Shown: piece by piece, positions 1-9,337 of the stretch | Layout of the letters: the number at the start of each line of letters is the position of its first letter | How positions within the stretch are numbered: position 1 is the stretch's first letter | Source: an uncultured Clostridia bacterium | GTDB taxonomy: Bacteria; Bacillota; Clostridia; TANB77; CAG-508 | DNA: 64,000 nt | NCBI GenBank assembly: GCA_944386365.1 | Contig: CALXAT010000003.1 | Location: 12,407 to 76,406 of the forward strand | Direction: 5' to 3' | Position numbers and translations under genes: made by a program | Notes under the pieces: model-generated | The model's database searches: none | Seen by the model: the letters and a program-made list of their open reading frames with translations, nothing else | Told to the model about the DNA's origin: nothing

Positions 1-48
1 CCTTTCTTTGCTTATTATTTATATAGCTATTTTCATAATTTGAATTGT

Positions 49-78
49 GGGCTAGATTAAGCTAATCCAGCCCATTTT
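49..78 (+). terminator. Rho-independent terminator for a + strand gene lying left of the window
   Basis: Stem GGGCTAGATTA (49-59) / TAATCCAGCCC (63-73) with one mismatch and a 3-nt loop, then ATTTT. Confidence 0.4.
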
Positions 79-112
79 GAAGTTAAAATTATTAATTCGT
101 TAGGGTAAGTAG

Positions 113-361
113 TTAAGTAAAGTAATATATGCACAAATTTTTAGAAGTCTCATGTAGCATTGAATATTTGACACTATTGAAAAGTCTAGGTTTATCTCCA
201 TATTTACTTCTTACTTCTAGTTGACCATTACTGGTTAGAGATATTGTCTGCAAAATATCATTTCCTTTCTCAACTTTCAAAAAGTCCCCCTTATCATTTT
301 CTATAAAATGATAACCTTGTTTCCGCAATTCGTTTAAATTATTAATAATTACTCCTAACAT
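113..361 (-). CDS. Hypothetical small protein (82 aa)
   Basis: ORF with GGAGG (374-370) 8 nt upstream of the ATG at 361. No recognisable motif. Confidence 0.55.
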   Translation of the reverse strand: MLGVIINNLNELRKQGYHFIENDKGDFLKVEKGNDILQTISLTSNGQLEVRSKYGDKPRLFNSVKYSMLHETSKNLCIYYFT

Positions 362-435
362 GCGCTATTCCTCCATTTATAAAATACCAAAACTTTATGT
401 TTCTTTTTGAATTATACTACATAATCCGTTAAAAT

Positions 436-1083
436 TCAATATAATTTCGGCTTCAGCTCAAGATAAATTGGCTTTTCTTCTTTTATCATTGTTGGTTTTC
501 CATGTCCTGGATAAACAATTGTATTATCTGGAAGTTTCAAAAGTTTATTAATAATCGAATCCATGATGGCCTCTCTACTTCCTGTTGGTAAATCTGTTCT
601 GCCCCATGTTCCACGAAATAACGTATCACCAGAAAACAAGCAACCTTCTTTTTCACAATATAAACTAGTTGATCCTTTCGTATGCCCTGGTGTATGAATA
701 ACTTCAAATTCTAAGTTTCCTAGATGTATTAAATCCTTATCATCTATTCTAGAATCTGCTTCTAGTTCTATTGGTGGTAAATCAATTATCATGGAAAGAT
801 TAATGTTTACATCATTTAAGCCCATACTATCAAATCGATGAATTAATATTTTCCCACCACATACTTGTTTTAATTCACTAACACCTGCTATATGGTCTCC
901 ATGACAATGGGTTAAATAGATATATTTCAATCTTCCTTTTAGAATATGGATCATTTCAACAATTTTATCTACATCTCCTGCTGGGTCTATAACCATAATT
1001 TCTTTGCTTTCTTCATCAAAGATAATATAGCAATTTGTTGGATCTCCTATCCATGTATTAATCTTTAGTTCTTTTAAAATCAT
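436..1083 (-). CDS. MBL-fold metallo-hydrolase (GloB/YcbL-like)
   Basis: 215 aa. Has the metallo-beta-lactamase motif THCHGDH, a downstream HTPGHT and GD..F/R.D segments. Sits in an operon position after relA. Confidence 0.85.
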   Translation of the reverse strand: MILKELKINTWIGDPTNCYIIFDEESKEIMVIDPAGDVDKIVEMIHILKGRLKYIYLTHCHGDHIAGVSELKQVCGGKILIHRFDSMGLNDVNINLSMIIDLPPIELEADSRIDDKDLIHLGNLEFEVIHTPGHTKGSTSLYCEKEGCLFSGDTLFRGTWGRTDLPTGSREAIMDSIINKLLKLPDNTIVYPGHGKPTMIKEEKPIYLELKPKLY

Positions 1084-1130
1084 GTATTCTCCCTTCTAAA
1101 CGATGAGACATGCAACATCTTGAGAAAAGG

Positions 1131-1173
1131 TCTGTCCCTTTTGTTTCATTTTGAAACAATTTGACACGTCCCT
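1131..1173 (-). repeat. 43-nt intergenic element, copy A (40/43 identical to 54641-54683)
   Basis: + strand sequence is tctgtcccttttgtttcattttgaaacaatttgacacgtccct. It starts 5 nt after the relA stop in transcript orientation. It contains the hairpin TTGTTTCA-AAA-TGAAACAA flanked by two GGGAC boxes. Confidence 0.8.
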
Positions 1174-1178
1174 ATCGT

Positions 1179-3389
1179 TTATTTCTTTCTCTTTACATCA
1201 TAAACACTGTCTACTTTTCTAACAACTCTTTGTGCTTTGTTCAACTCATCTAGGTTCTCTACTTCAAGGGTAATGTCAATAATTGCAATTCTCTCTTTGG
1301 TTGTTTTTGTATTAACACCTAATATATTTACCTTTGTTGTTGCTAATTCTTTTAGGATATCTACTAGTAAACCTGTTCTATCATTTGAGAATATTTCAAT
1401 TTCTGCTTGGTATTCTGATTTTTCTTCATTATACCATTCTACATCTATCATTCTATTTTCTTCAGATATCAAGTCTTTTACATTGCGGCAATCTTTTCTA
1501 TGAACAGATACCCCTCTTCCTTTTGTAATATATCCTACAATTTCATCTCCTGGAAGGGGATTACAACATTTTGAAAGTTTTACTAAACAATTGTCAATTC
1601 CTTTTACAATAACACCTGAACTAGATGGTTTTGGTTTCTTTTGTTTTGCTTTTTTTAGTTCTTCTAATTTCTTTTCAATATCTTCTTCTTCGTGTTCTTT
1701 TCGATATTCTTGAAGCATCCTTGCAATTACTTTTCCTGATGAATTTGCTCCAAATCCAACAGCTGCATACATTTCATCCAAGTTTTTATATTTGTATTTT
1801 TCAAGCATCGGATCAATATATTCTGGTTTAAATAAATCTGCATGTGAAAATCCAATCCTTTTTAATTCTTTCTCAACTAAATCTTTTCCTTTTTCAATAT
1901 TTTCTGCTTTTTGTGCTTTTTTAAACCAACTTTTGATTCTATTTTTAGCAGTTGAACTTTTTACAAATTTAAGCCAATCTCTACTTGGTCCTTTAGAATT
2001 ATCAGATGTAATAATTTCTACGATATCTCCACTTTGTAATGGTGTTATAATTGGCATCATCTTGCTATTAATTTTACAACCTGTCATTCGATTTCCAATC
2101 TCAGCATGTATGCTGTAAGCAAAATCAATAGGTGTTGCACCTCTTGGCAAAACTTTTATTGCCCCTTTGGGTGTAAACACATATACTTCGTCTTCAAATA
2201 ATTCTGTTTTTAATGTATTTAAGAATTCTTGAGGATCTTCTAATTCCTTTTGCCATTCTAAAGTTTCTCTAAGCCATGCAAGCTTATCTGGCTCAACTTT
2301 TACAGATTGTTTTTTTCCAAAATAACTTGCTTCTTTATATGCCCAATGGGCAGCAATACCAAATTCTGCTACTTTGTGCATCTCCCATGTTCTAATTTGT
2401 ACTTCAAATGGTGTTCCTTTTTCTCCAAGTAATGTTGTATGAATAGATTGATACATATTTGGTTTAGGAACAGCTATATAATCCTTAAATCTACCTGGCA
2501 TTGGACTATATAATTCGTGAACAACCCCTAATGCTGCATAACAATCTTTTACAGAATTTACCAAAATTCTCAAAGCAAATAAATCATAAATCTGATCTAA
2601 TGTTTTATTGTCCCTTTTCATTTTTCGATAAATACTATATAAATGTTTTGCTCTTCCTGTTACTTCTGCATCTATTCTTTGTTTCTTTAAGGCAACTCGT
2701 ATATCTGCCATAATCTTTTCAATAAATTTTGTTCTTTCTTCTCTTTTCTTATTAATGCCTTCTACTAACTCATGATATTCTTCTGGCTCTAAATATTTAA
2801 ATGCTAAATCTTCTAATTCCCATTTCAATGAATAAATTCCGAGTCTATTTGCAAGTGGTGCATATAACTCTCTTGTTTCTTTAGCATTCGCAATTTGTCT
2901 ATCTCTTCTTAAGTATTTTAAAGTTCTCATATTATGAAGTCTATCTGCAAGTTTTATTAATATAACACGTATATCTTTTCCCATTGCCAAAAACATTTTT
3001 CGATAATCTTCTACTTGTTGTTCTTCTACTGATGCAAATTGAATCGTACTTAACTTAGTAACACCTGCTACCATATCTGCTATTTCATTTCCAAATAAAT
3101 CTCTTAAATCTTTATCCGTTACATCTGTATCTTCTACAATATCATGAAGAAGCGCCGCACAAATTGTACTATCATCTAATCCAATATCAGCCAAGATATA
3201 AGCAACATTAAGAGGGTGAATAATATATGGTTCACCTGAACTTCTTTTTTGGTCTTTATGTTTTTCTCTTGCTAAATTATATGCCTTCATAATTAGTTTT
3301 GTATCTACTCTTCTGGAATGTTCTTTTCTTTTATTAATAATATCTTGTATTGTAACTTCTTTTTTTGCTTCTTGCATATATGTATTCAC
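1179..3389 (-). CDS. relA: Bifunctional (p)ppGpp synthetase/hydrolase RelA/SpoT (Rel)
   Basis: 736 aa. Has the HD hydrolase (HPLNVAYILA, LLHDIVEDT), the RelA/SpoT synthetase core, and TGS and ACT-like C-terminal regions. GTG start at 3389. Confidence 0.95.
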   Translation of the reverse strand: MNTYMQEAKKEVTIQDIINKRKEHSRRVDTKLIMKAYNLAREKHKDQKRSSGEPYIIHPLNVAYILADIGLDDSTICAALLHDIVEDTDVTDKDLRDLFGNEIADMVAGVTKLSTIQFASVEEQQVEDYRKMFLAMGKDIRVILIKLADRLHNMRTLKYLRRDRQIANAKETRELYAPLANRLGIYSLKWELEDLAFKYLEPEEYHELVEGINKKREERTKFIEKIMADIRVALKKQRIDAEVTGRAKHLYSIYRKMKRDNKTLDQIYDLFALRILVNSVKDCYAALGVVHELYSPMPGRFKDYIAVPKPNMYQSIHTTLLGEKGTPFEVQIRTWEMHKVAEFGIAAHWAYKEASYFGKKQSVKVEPDKLAWLRETLEWQKELEDPQEFLNTLKTELFEDEVYVFTPKGAIKVLPRGATPIDFAYSIHAEIGNRMTGCKINSKMMPIITPLQSGDIVEIITSDNSKGPSRDWLKFVKSSTAKNRIKSWFKKAQKAENIEKGKDLVEKELKRIGFSHADLFKPEYIDPMLEKYKYKNLDEMYAAVGFGANSSGKVIARMLQEYRKEHEEEDIEKKLEELKKAKQKKPKPSSSGVIVKGIDNCLVKLSKCCNPLPGDEIVGYITKGRGVSVHRKDCRNVKDLISEENRMIDVEWYNEEKSEYQAEIEIFSNDRTGLLVDILKELATTKVNILGVNTKTTKERIAIIDITLEVENLDELNKAQRVVRKVDSVYDVKRKK

Positions 3390-3415
3390 TTCCCTTTTTT
3401 CCTTTTTATATGAAT

Positions 3416-5107
3416 CTATATTGATTTCATGATATCTTTCATATTAATTTGTAGTGTGTCTACACCATTAAAAGTATTGATTTCTAATACACCTACAACA
3501 TCTATTTTATCGCCTATTCTATATTCTTCTACCAAACTTCCCATATTAAACCCAATAGCATTTACGACTGTATTTCCTTCTTTTAATGTTAATTTCAAAT
3601 GTTTTCCTTCTGATAATGCTCTAATAGAATCAATCTTCAAATTTTTAAAAGCAAATACAGGCATTTTATTTCCTTCACCATAAGGCTCTAATTCTTTTAA
3701 GCTTTCTACCATTTCTTTATTAATACTACTAAAATCTATTTTAGCATCTATATGAATAATAGGAACAATCTCATCTATCTTTGATTCTTTAGCTATTTGT
3801 TCAAATTCTTTCTTAAAAGCTTCAAATTTTTCTTTTTTAATTGTAATTCCAATAGCCATACTATGTCCACCAAATTTTTCAATGGTATCTGTACATTTTG
3901 ATAATGCTTCGTATAGATCAAATCCAGGGATACTTCTTCCTGAACCTGTTCCGATTCCATCTTCTTCAAAACTTAATAAAATACTTGGCTTAAAATACAT
4001 TTCTGTTATTTTAGATGAAACAATTCCGATAACCCCATGATGCCAATTATGTCCTCCTACAATAATTGTCGCATTTTCATTTAAATTTTCTTCTTCTATT
4101 TCTTTAATAGCACTTTCAAATATCTTTTTTTCTGTATCTTGTCTTAATCGGTTATATTCATTTAATTTTGCTGTTAATGTTGAAACTTCATTTAAGTTCT
4201 TTGATAAAAATAACTGCAATGCATCTTCTGCTTTTCCCATTCTTCCACAAGCATTAATTCTTGGTGCAATTCCAAAAGAAATACTATTAGAATCAATTTT
4301 TGTATAACCTGATGCATTTATAATAGATCTTAATCCCATATTTTGGGTTTGCTTAATTAATAACAAACCTAATTTTGCAATCACTCTGTTTTCATCTATT
4401 AATGGAACAATATCTGATATCGTTCCTATACAAACAATGTCTAAATATTTCAAGTATTCTTCTTCTTTTAAACCTAACTTCATTCCAATTGCTTGTATAA
4501 GTTTAAAAACAACACCTACTCCTGCTAATTCGCGAAATGGATATGTACTGTCTTTTCGTTTATTATCAATTACTGCTAATGCTTTTGGTAATGTATTCCC
4601 TGGTTCATGATGATCTGTTACAATTGTCTCAATTCCTAAGTGATTTGCATATTCAATTTCTTCTATAGCAGAAATTCCACAATCTACAGTTATCATTAAT
4701 TCGCAAGCCTCATTATGTATTTTCTCAATGGCATTTTTATTTAATCCATATCCTTCATTTAATCTGTTTGGAATGTATTGAGATACCTCTAATCCTCTAT
4801 CTTTTAGAAAACTTTTTAAAACCGTAATACTGGTAATCCCATCCACATCATAATCTCCATATATGGTTACTTTTTCTTGTTTTTCTATTGCTTTTATAAT
4901 CCTATCTACTGCTTTTTCCATATCGGTTATGAAAAATGGGTCATGGAAATCATTTCTTGTTGGATTCAAAAATAGCCTAATTTGTTCTTCATTTACAATA
5001 TTTCTATTGGCAAGTATGGTTGCTAATAGTTTATTTAGATGATATTTATTTGATAATTCTTCTACTTTTTCTTCATCTACTTCATATATTTGCCACTTTT
5101 TATTCAT
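3416..5107 (-). CDS. recJ: Single-stranded-DNA-specific exonuclease RecJ
   Basis: 563 aa. Has DHH motifs (YGDYDVDGITS, VDCG, VTDHHEP) and DHHA1 (GGHSMA). Confidence 0.93.
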   Translation of the reverse strand: MNKKWQIYEVDEEKVEELSNKYHLNKLLATILANRNIVNEEQIRLFLNPTRNDFHDPFFITDMEKAVDRIIKAIEKQEKVTIYGDYDVDGITSITVLKSFLKDRGLEVSQYIPNRLNEGYGLNKNAIEKIHNEACELMITVDCGISAIEEIEYANHLGIETIVTDHHEPGNTLPKALAVIDNKRKDSTYPFRELAGVGVVFKLIQAIGMKLGLKEEEYLKYLDIVCIGTISDIVPLIDENRVIAKLGLLLIKQTQNMGLRSIINASGYTKIDSNSISFGIAPRINACGRMGKAEDALQLFLSKNLNEVSTLTAKLNEYNRLRQDTEKKIFESAIKEIEEENLNENATIIVGGHNWHHGVIGIVSSKITEMYFKPSILLSFEEDGIGTGSGRSIPGFDLYEALSKCTDTIEKFGGHSMAIGITIKKEKFEAFKKEFEQIAKESKIDEIVPIIHIDAKIDFSSINKEMVESLKELEPYGEGNKMPVFAFKNLKIDSIRALSEGKHLKLTLKEGNTVVNAIGFNMGSLVEEYRIGDKIDVVGVLEINTFNGVDTLQINMKDIMKSI

Positions 5108-5222
5108 ATTCCTCTCCTAATTTTAATTTTTCTATATTGTATACCATTTTCTCTATTTTTAAAAGGGGGTAATGTTAATTTGTTAAATAAATCTTATGGA
5201 AATAAGCTTATGTATGTTAAGC

Positions 5223-5251
5223 TTGAAAAGGATTACATAATGTGATATACT
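5223..5251 (+). promoter_or_regulatory. Sigma-A type promoter for the M20 hydrolase gene
   Basis: TTGAAA (5223-5228), 17-nt spacer, TATACT (5246-5251), with TG at 5243-5244 (extended -10). An AAGCTTA/TAAGCTT inverted repeat abuts the -35. Confidence 0.55.
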
Positions 5252-5282
5252 TTCTATGATTTTTTTGAAAGGAAAATAAATT

Positions 5283-6666
5283 ATGGAAGAAGAACGTATT
5301 ATTAAATTAGAAGATTTTTTTGATTTTGATTCAAAAGAACCAATCAATCGATTAGCTTACACAGAAGAAGATATGAAATATAAGATAAAAATTATTGAAA
5401 AAATGAAGGCACTAGGCATGCAAATAACCCTTGATAAAGCAGGAAATATTTGTGGTACGATTTCTGTTCGGAAATCATCCTCAAAAAACAATTGCTATTG
5501 GTTCTCACACAGATTCTGTTTACGATGGAGGACAATTTGATGGCCCTGTTGGTGTTGTAGTAGGTCTTCAAACAGCCGAAAGCCTAATAAAAAGCAAAAA
5601 ATGTACAGGAATTATTAAAGTTCCTATCTATGCTTGTGAAGAATCTAGTCGATTTGGCAATGCTTGTTTAGGAAGTAAATACTTAGATGGTACAATTACA
5701 GAAGAAGATTTTTCTTCTATTGTAGATCAAAATGCTTTAAAGCAAGGAAAAACGATTACTTTACAAGAGGCTATCAATTTTGCAAATTCCTATCTAAAAG
5801 AACATGTTGCGGGTATTCAAGAAGTTGATAAAATATTTGATACAGTTGATTATTCTCTAGAAGCACATATTGAACAATATGATAACTTAAAAAAAGCTTA
5901 TAAAAAAAGTAAACAAGATACAGTTGGTATCATCAATTCTATTGGTTCAGCAGTAAGAATTAAGTATGATGTAGAGGGACAAGCCAATCATACAGGTTCT
6001 ACTCCTATGAAGAAAAGAAAAAATGCAGTTGATGCCACTGCTTATATTGGTAAAAAAATTCGAAAACTTGGAAAACTTTATGAAAAACAAGGTCTTGGCA
6101 GGGCTAGTCAAGTTGAAATTAATACACCTGGACACAATGGTAGTTTTAATCAAATACCAAACCAAGCAAATGGCTTAATTGATTTTCGTCTTCAAGGAAA
6201 AAACACCCCTGAAACCGTATTAGAAGATTTCGAAAATATTAGACAGCAAGTAGAAACCAAAACTAAAACCAAAATTACTCCAACACTTGTATCAAAAGGT
6301 ACTCCTGTTGTTACAAGTAAAGAACTAAATCAAAAATTAACCACTATTTGCAATCAAAAAGGTATCCAAGCAATAGAAATGCCTTCATATCCTGGTCAAG
6401 ATACAGGCTATATACCAGCCAAAGAAAAGACAATGATATTTATTCCTTCTACAGGTGGAAGTCATAACCCTGAAGAACATACAAAAAAGAAATTCATTCA
6501 ACCTGCAACACGACTTTTTACACAATTATCTAAAGAACTATTAGAAGAAAGATTTAGAGATGCTCAAAAAGTGTCTATTGCTCCTAAATCAAATTATGAA
6601 TCTTCACACATTCCTACTTCTAAGACTGCTAATCGTGATTCTGGTTATGAGAATGTGTTAGGTTAA
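5283..6666 (+). pseudogene. M20-family amidohydrolase (allantoate amidohydrolase / N-carbamoyl-L-amino-acid hydrolase type) interrupted by a +1 frameshift near 5457
   Basis: Frame 1 (5283-5540) encodes ...LDKAGNICG. Frame 2 from 5458 continues RFLFGNHPQKTIAIGSHTDSVYDGGQFDGPVG, the contiguous family pattern. One extra base around 5457 separates the two frames. Confidence 0.8.
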
Positions 6667-6826
6667 TATAATTTCTGTAAAATATTCTTCTTAAAGACAA
6701 TAAATATAAATTTGGTTTTTCTTCCTTCTCCAAATCTCCCTCTTCTAAATCTTTTGCAAAAATTCTAATCTTGTGTCTAACACATCAAATTCATCAATGA
6801 TTCCTTTTTGTAAAGTTATTTTTGTA

Positions 6827-6852
6827 GCACCATAAATATTGGTGCATTTTTT
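6827..6852 (+). terminator. Rho-independent terminator about 160 nt after the M20 stop
   Basis: GCACCA (6827-6832), 7-nt loop, TGGTGC (6840-6845), then ATTTTTT. Confidence 0.5.
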
Positions 6853-6981
6853 GTACTCCAATAGCTTTCTGAATGTCTTTTTTCTTCATTTTACTTACTT
6901 CTCTCTTCTTTTATTTATATAAAAATATTATTGTAACATGGTTTATTTTTGCTTTCAACAAGTAAATATTAGTAAAACTTA

Positions 6982-7854
6982 CTAATATGCTTCTATCTCC
7001 TCAATAATTTCTTTTCCTGTCATCTCACAATGAATATTGATTCTCTTGATATAGTTTCTGTCTAAATCCTTAAAATAGTTCATTCCAATATCATATATTT
7101 GAAAATCGATTCCGTTATTTTTTAACGTTGTTACTGTTTCACTTGTATAGGCACCATAAGGATAAGCAAATATTTTTAATTCTTGTTTTCCCAAATGTTC
7201 TTCTATTTTGTCATAAGATGCTTTTACATCATCACGCAGTTCTCGGACAGAACGTTTATCATAGAAAACATGTTTTTTGCTATGACTACCAATTTCTACT
7301 AGACCACTATTTTGCATTTCTAAACATTCTTCCCAGCTTAAATATTTTATACCATCCATTTCTTGGCCAATTTTATCTGTTACAATAAAAATAGATGCTT
7401 TCACTTGATACTGTTTCAAAATCGGATAGATATATTCATAATTACTGTAATATCCATCATCAAATGTTATCACCAGTGGCTTATTTGGAAGGTCTATTTT
7501 TCCACTATCTGCAAGTGCCAATTCTTTCATAGATATGATTGTATATCCATTTTCTAAAAATGTTTTTATATTTTCTTCAAAACTTTCTGGTGTATTTATA
7601 TAATTAAAATTGTCTGGGTCACTATCAGGAACTGCTTTTACAAAATTATGATATAGCAATATAGGAATTTTTACATCATTTCTTTTACTCTGTTTATTTT
7701 GTTTAATAACAATAGCAATTCCAAAGGCAATCACAACCATTATCAAACATATGATTATCAATTTCTTTTTTGTACGCAATTTAACTTCACCTCTTTGTAT
7801 TATATTTATTGTAGACTTTTTTTGACACTTATCACTATTTTTCGACAGTTTCAT
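6982..7854 (-). CDS. Membrane-anchored polysaccharide deacetylase (NodB domain; IcaB/PgaB-like role)
   Basis: 290 aa. Has one N-terminal TM helix, then VITFDDGYYSNY and IGSHSKKH motifs of the carbohydrate esterase 4 family. Confidence 0.85.
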   Translation of the reverse strand: MKLSKNSDKCQKKSTINIIQRGEVKLRTKKKLIIICLIMVVIAFGIAIVIKQNKQSKRNDVKIPILLYHNFVKAVPDSDPDNFNYINTPESFEENIKTFLENGYTIISMKELALADSGKIDLPNKPLVITFDDGYYSNYEYIYPILKQYQVKASIFIVTDKIGQEMDGIKYLSWEECLEMQNSGLVEIGSHSKKHVFYDKRSVRELRDDVKASYDKIEEHLGKQELKIFAYPYGAYTSETVTTLKNNGIDFQIYDIGMNYFKDLDRNYIKRINIHCEMTGKEIIEEIEAY

Positions 7855-7876
7855 AAGATACTATGAGGTGATAAAA

Positions 7877-9151
7877 ATGTTTTTCATATCTTTAATAATT
7901 GCATTATTATGTCTTATCTGCTCAATATGTATCAATATTAATTGGATTGCTGACATTTCATGTTATTTAGGCTATTTCTTGGCAATTTATCTCGTAACTT
8001 TTGTAGCCATTATTCCAGGATTTAATTATATTTTTAACTTAATTAGTTTGTTATTTCATAAAAAAGGAAAAAAATCCTGCACTAAAAAAGACGATGATGT
8101 TACGATTTTAATACCAGTATATAATGCAAAACAATCAATACAAGAAACACTTGATTCCATCAAAAAACAAAAATATTGTGGGAAGATTTATGTAAAAATC
8201 ATTGATGATGGTTCAACTGATGGAACTTTAGAATTACTAAAATCAATGAATTTAGATTCTAATATGACATTGATAGAAACCAAACACCAAGGAAAAGCAA
8301 ATGCACTTAACAAAGGATTACAAACTGTATGTACAGATTATACCATTACAATTGATAGTGATACAATTTTGCATCCATTAGCTATAAGAAATATAATGAA
8401 AACATTAATAAATTCCAATAAAAAAACAGCTGCAACTGCAGGTTGTTTATTTGTAAAAAATGCAAAAAAGAACTTTATTACAAAACTACAAGAATGGGAT
8501 TATACCTTAGGTATATTTGGTGTAAAACTTGTTCAAGGAAATTACAATTCCACTTTAGTTGCCCAAGGTGCTTTTAGTGCCTATAAAACAAAACTATTAA
8601 AAGAAATTGGTGGATGGCAAAATTGTGTAGGAGAAGATATTGTTTTAACTTGGAAATTATTAAGTAAAGGTTATGAAACCAATTTTGCAAAAAATGCGAT
8701 TGCTTATACGGTTGTTCCAGAAAAATATAGGGCTTTAGGTAAACAAAGAAAAAGATGGGCTAGAGGTATGATAGAAGCTTTTAAAAAGAATAAAACATTC
8801 ACATCAAAAAAGATGTCGTTGAAATCTAAATGCTTAATATTCTTCAATATCTTTTTCCCTTTTATCGATTTAGCACTTCTTATATTTGTACCACTTAGCT
8901 TAATCTTCTTAGCATTTGGAAATCCGTTATTACTTGGTTGGATTTCTTTACTGGTTATTCCATTAGGACTATTATTATGCTTACTAATCGAAATCAAAAG
9001 AAAGAATATGCTAAAAGAAATTGATTGTAAATTAGAAAGAAGAAGCATCTTAGCTTTTATTGCTTATATTTTAATATATGCTTTTATCTTGGCTCCTTAT
9101 TGTTTAATGGGATATATTTCAGAATGTATAAATTTAAAAAAGAAATGGTAA
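7877..9151 (+). CDS. Processive family-2 glycosyltransferase, IcaA/PgaC-like (poly-beta-1,6-GlcNAc synthase type)
   Basis: Motifs LIPVYN, IIDDGSTDGT, IDSDT, GEDIVLT and QRKRWARG (QxxRW). TM helices at both ends. The ATG at 7877 lies 8 nt after GAGG; the ORF track begins at a GTG at 7868. Confidence 0.85.
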   Translation: MFFISLIIALLCLICSICININWIADISCYLGYFLAIYLVTFVAIIPGFNYIFNLISLLFHKKGKKSCTKKDDDVTILIPVYNAKQSIQETLDSIKKQKYCGKIYVKIIDDGSTDGTLELLKSMNLDSNMTLIETKHQGKANALNKGLQTVCTDYTITIDSDTILHPLAIRNIMKTLINSNKKTAATAGCLFVKNAKKNFITKLQEWDYTLGIFGVKLVQGNYNSTLVAQGAFSAYKTKLLKEIGGWQNCVGEDIVLTWKLLSKGYETNFAKNAIAYTVVPEKYRALGKQRKRWARGMIEAFKKNKTFTSKKMSLKSKCLIFFNIFFPFIDLALLIFVPLSLIFLAFGNPLLLGWISLLVIPLGLLLCLLIEIKRKNMLKEIDCKLERRSILAFIAYILIYAFILAPYCLMGYISECINLKKKW

Positions 9152-9161
9152 CTATTATATA

Positions 9162-9197
9162 GGAAAGGAACTACATGTTCCTTCCTTTTCTCTTTTT
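9162..9197 (+). terminator. Rho-independent terminator of the GT2 gene
   Basis: GGAAAGGAAC / GTTCCTTCC stem (one bulge), 5-nt loop, then TTTTCTCTTTTT. Confidence 0.7.
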
Positions 9198-9220
9198 AGT
9201 ATAGAGTAATTGGTATTTTC

Positions 9221-9249
9221 TTGAAGTATACATAATTTTATGTTATAAT
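9221..9249 (+). promoter_or_regulatory. Strong sigma-A promoter of the HD-domain gene
   Basis: TTGAAG (9221-9226), 17-nt spacer, TGtTATAAT (9241-9249). Confidence 0.65.
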
Positions 9250-9337
9250 AAAAGGTGATAACATTGTTGTAAAAGTCTTCCTTGCGAGACATCACGATTT
9301 TGCAAGAGGACATTTAATTAAAAAGGAGGAACACACT

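Noticed and set aside
5431-6666. The 411-aa ORF starting at TTG 5431, read as an independent intact gene.
   Set aside because: Its first 9 codons are out-of-frame readthrough of the upstream ORF. The family N-terminus (…DKAGNI.G) is encoded in the other frame, so a frameshifted single gene is the better reading.
6667-6981. A possible degraded small gene on the minus strand (MKKKDIQKAIGVQK... continuing in another frame as ...GATKITLQKGIIDEFDVLDTRLEFLQKI).
   Set aside because: It needs an assumed frameshift, has a weak SD and matches no recognisable family. The segment also contains a good + strand terminator hairpin (6827-6852), which explains the conservation-like look.
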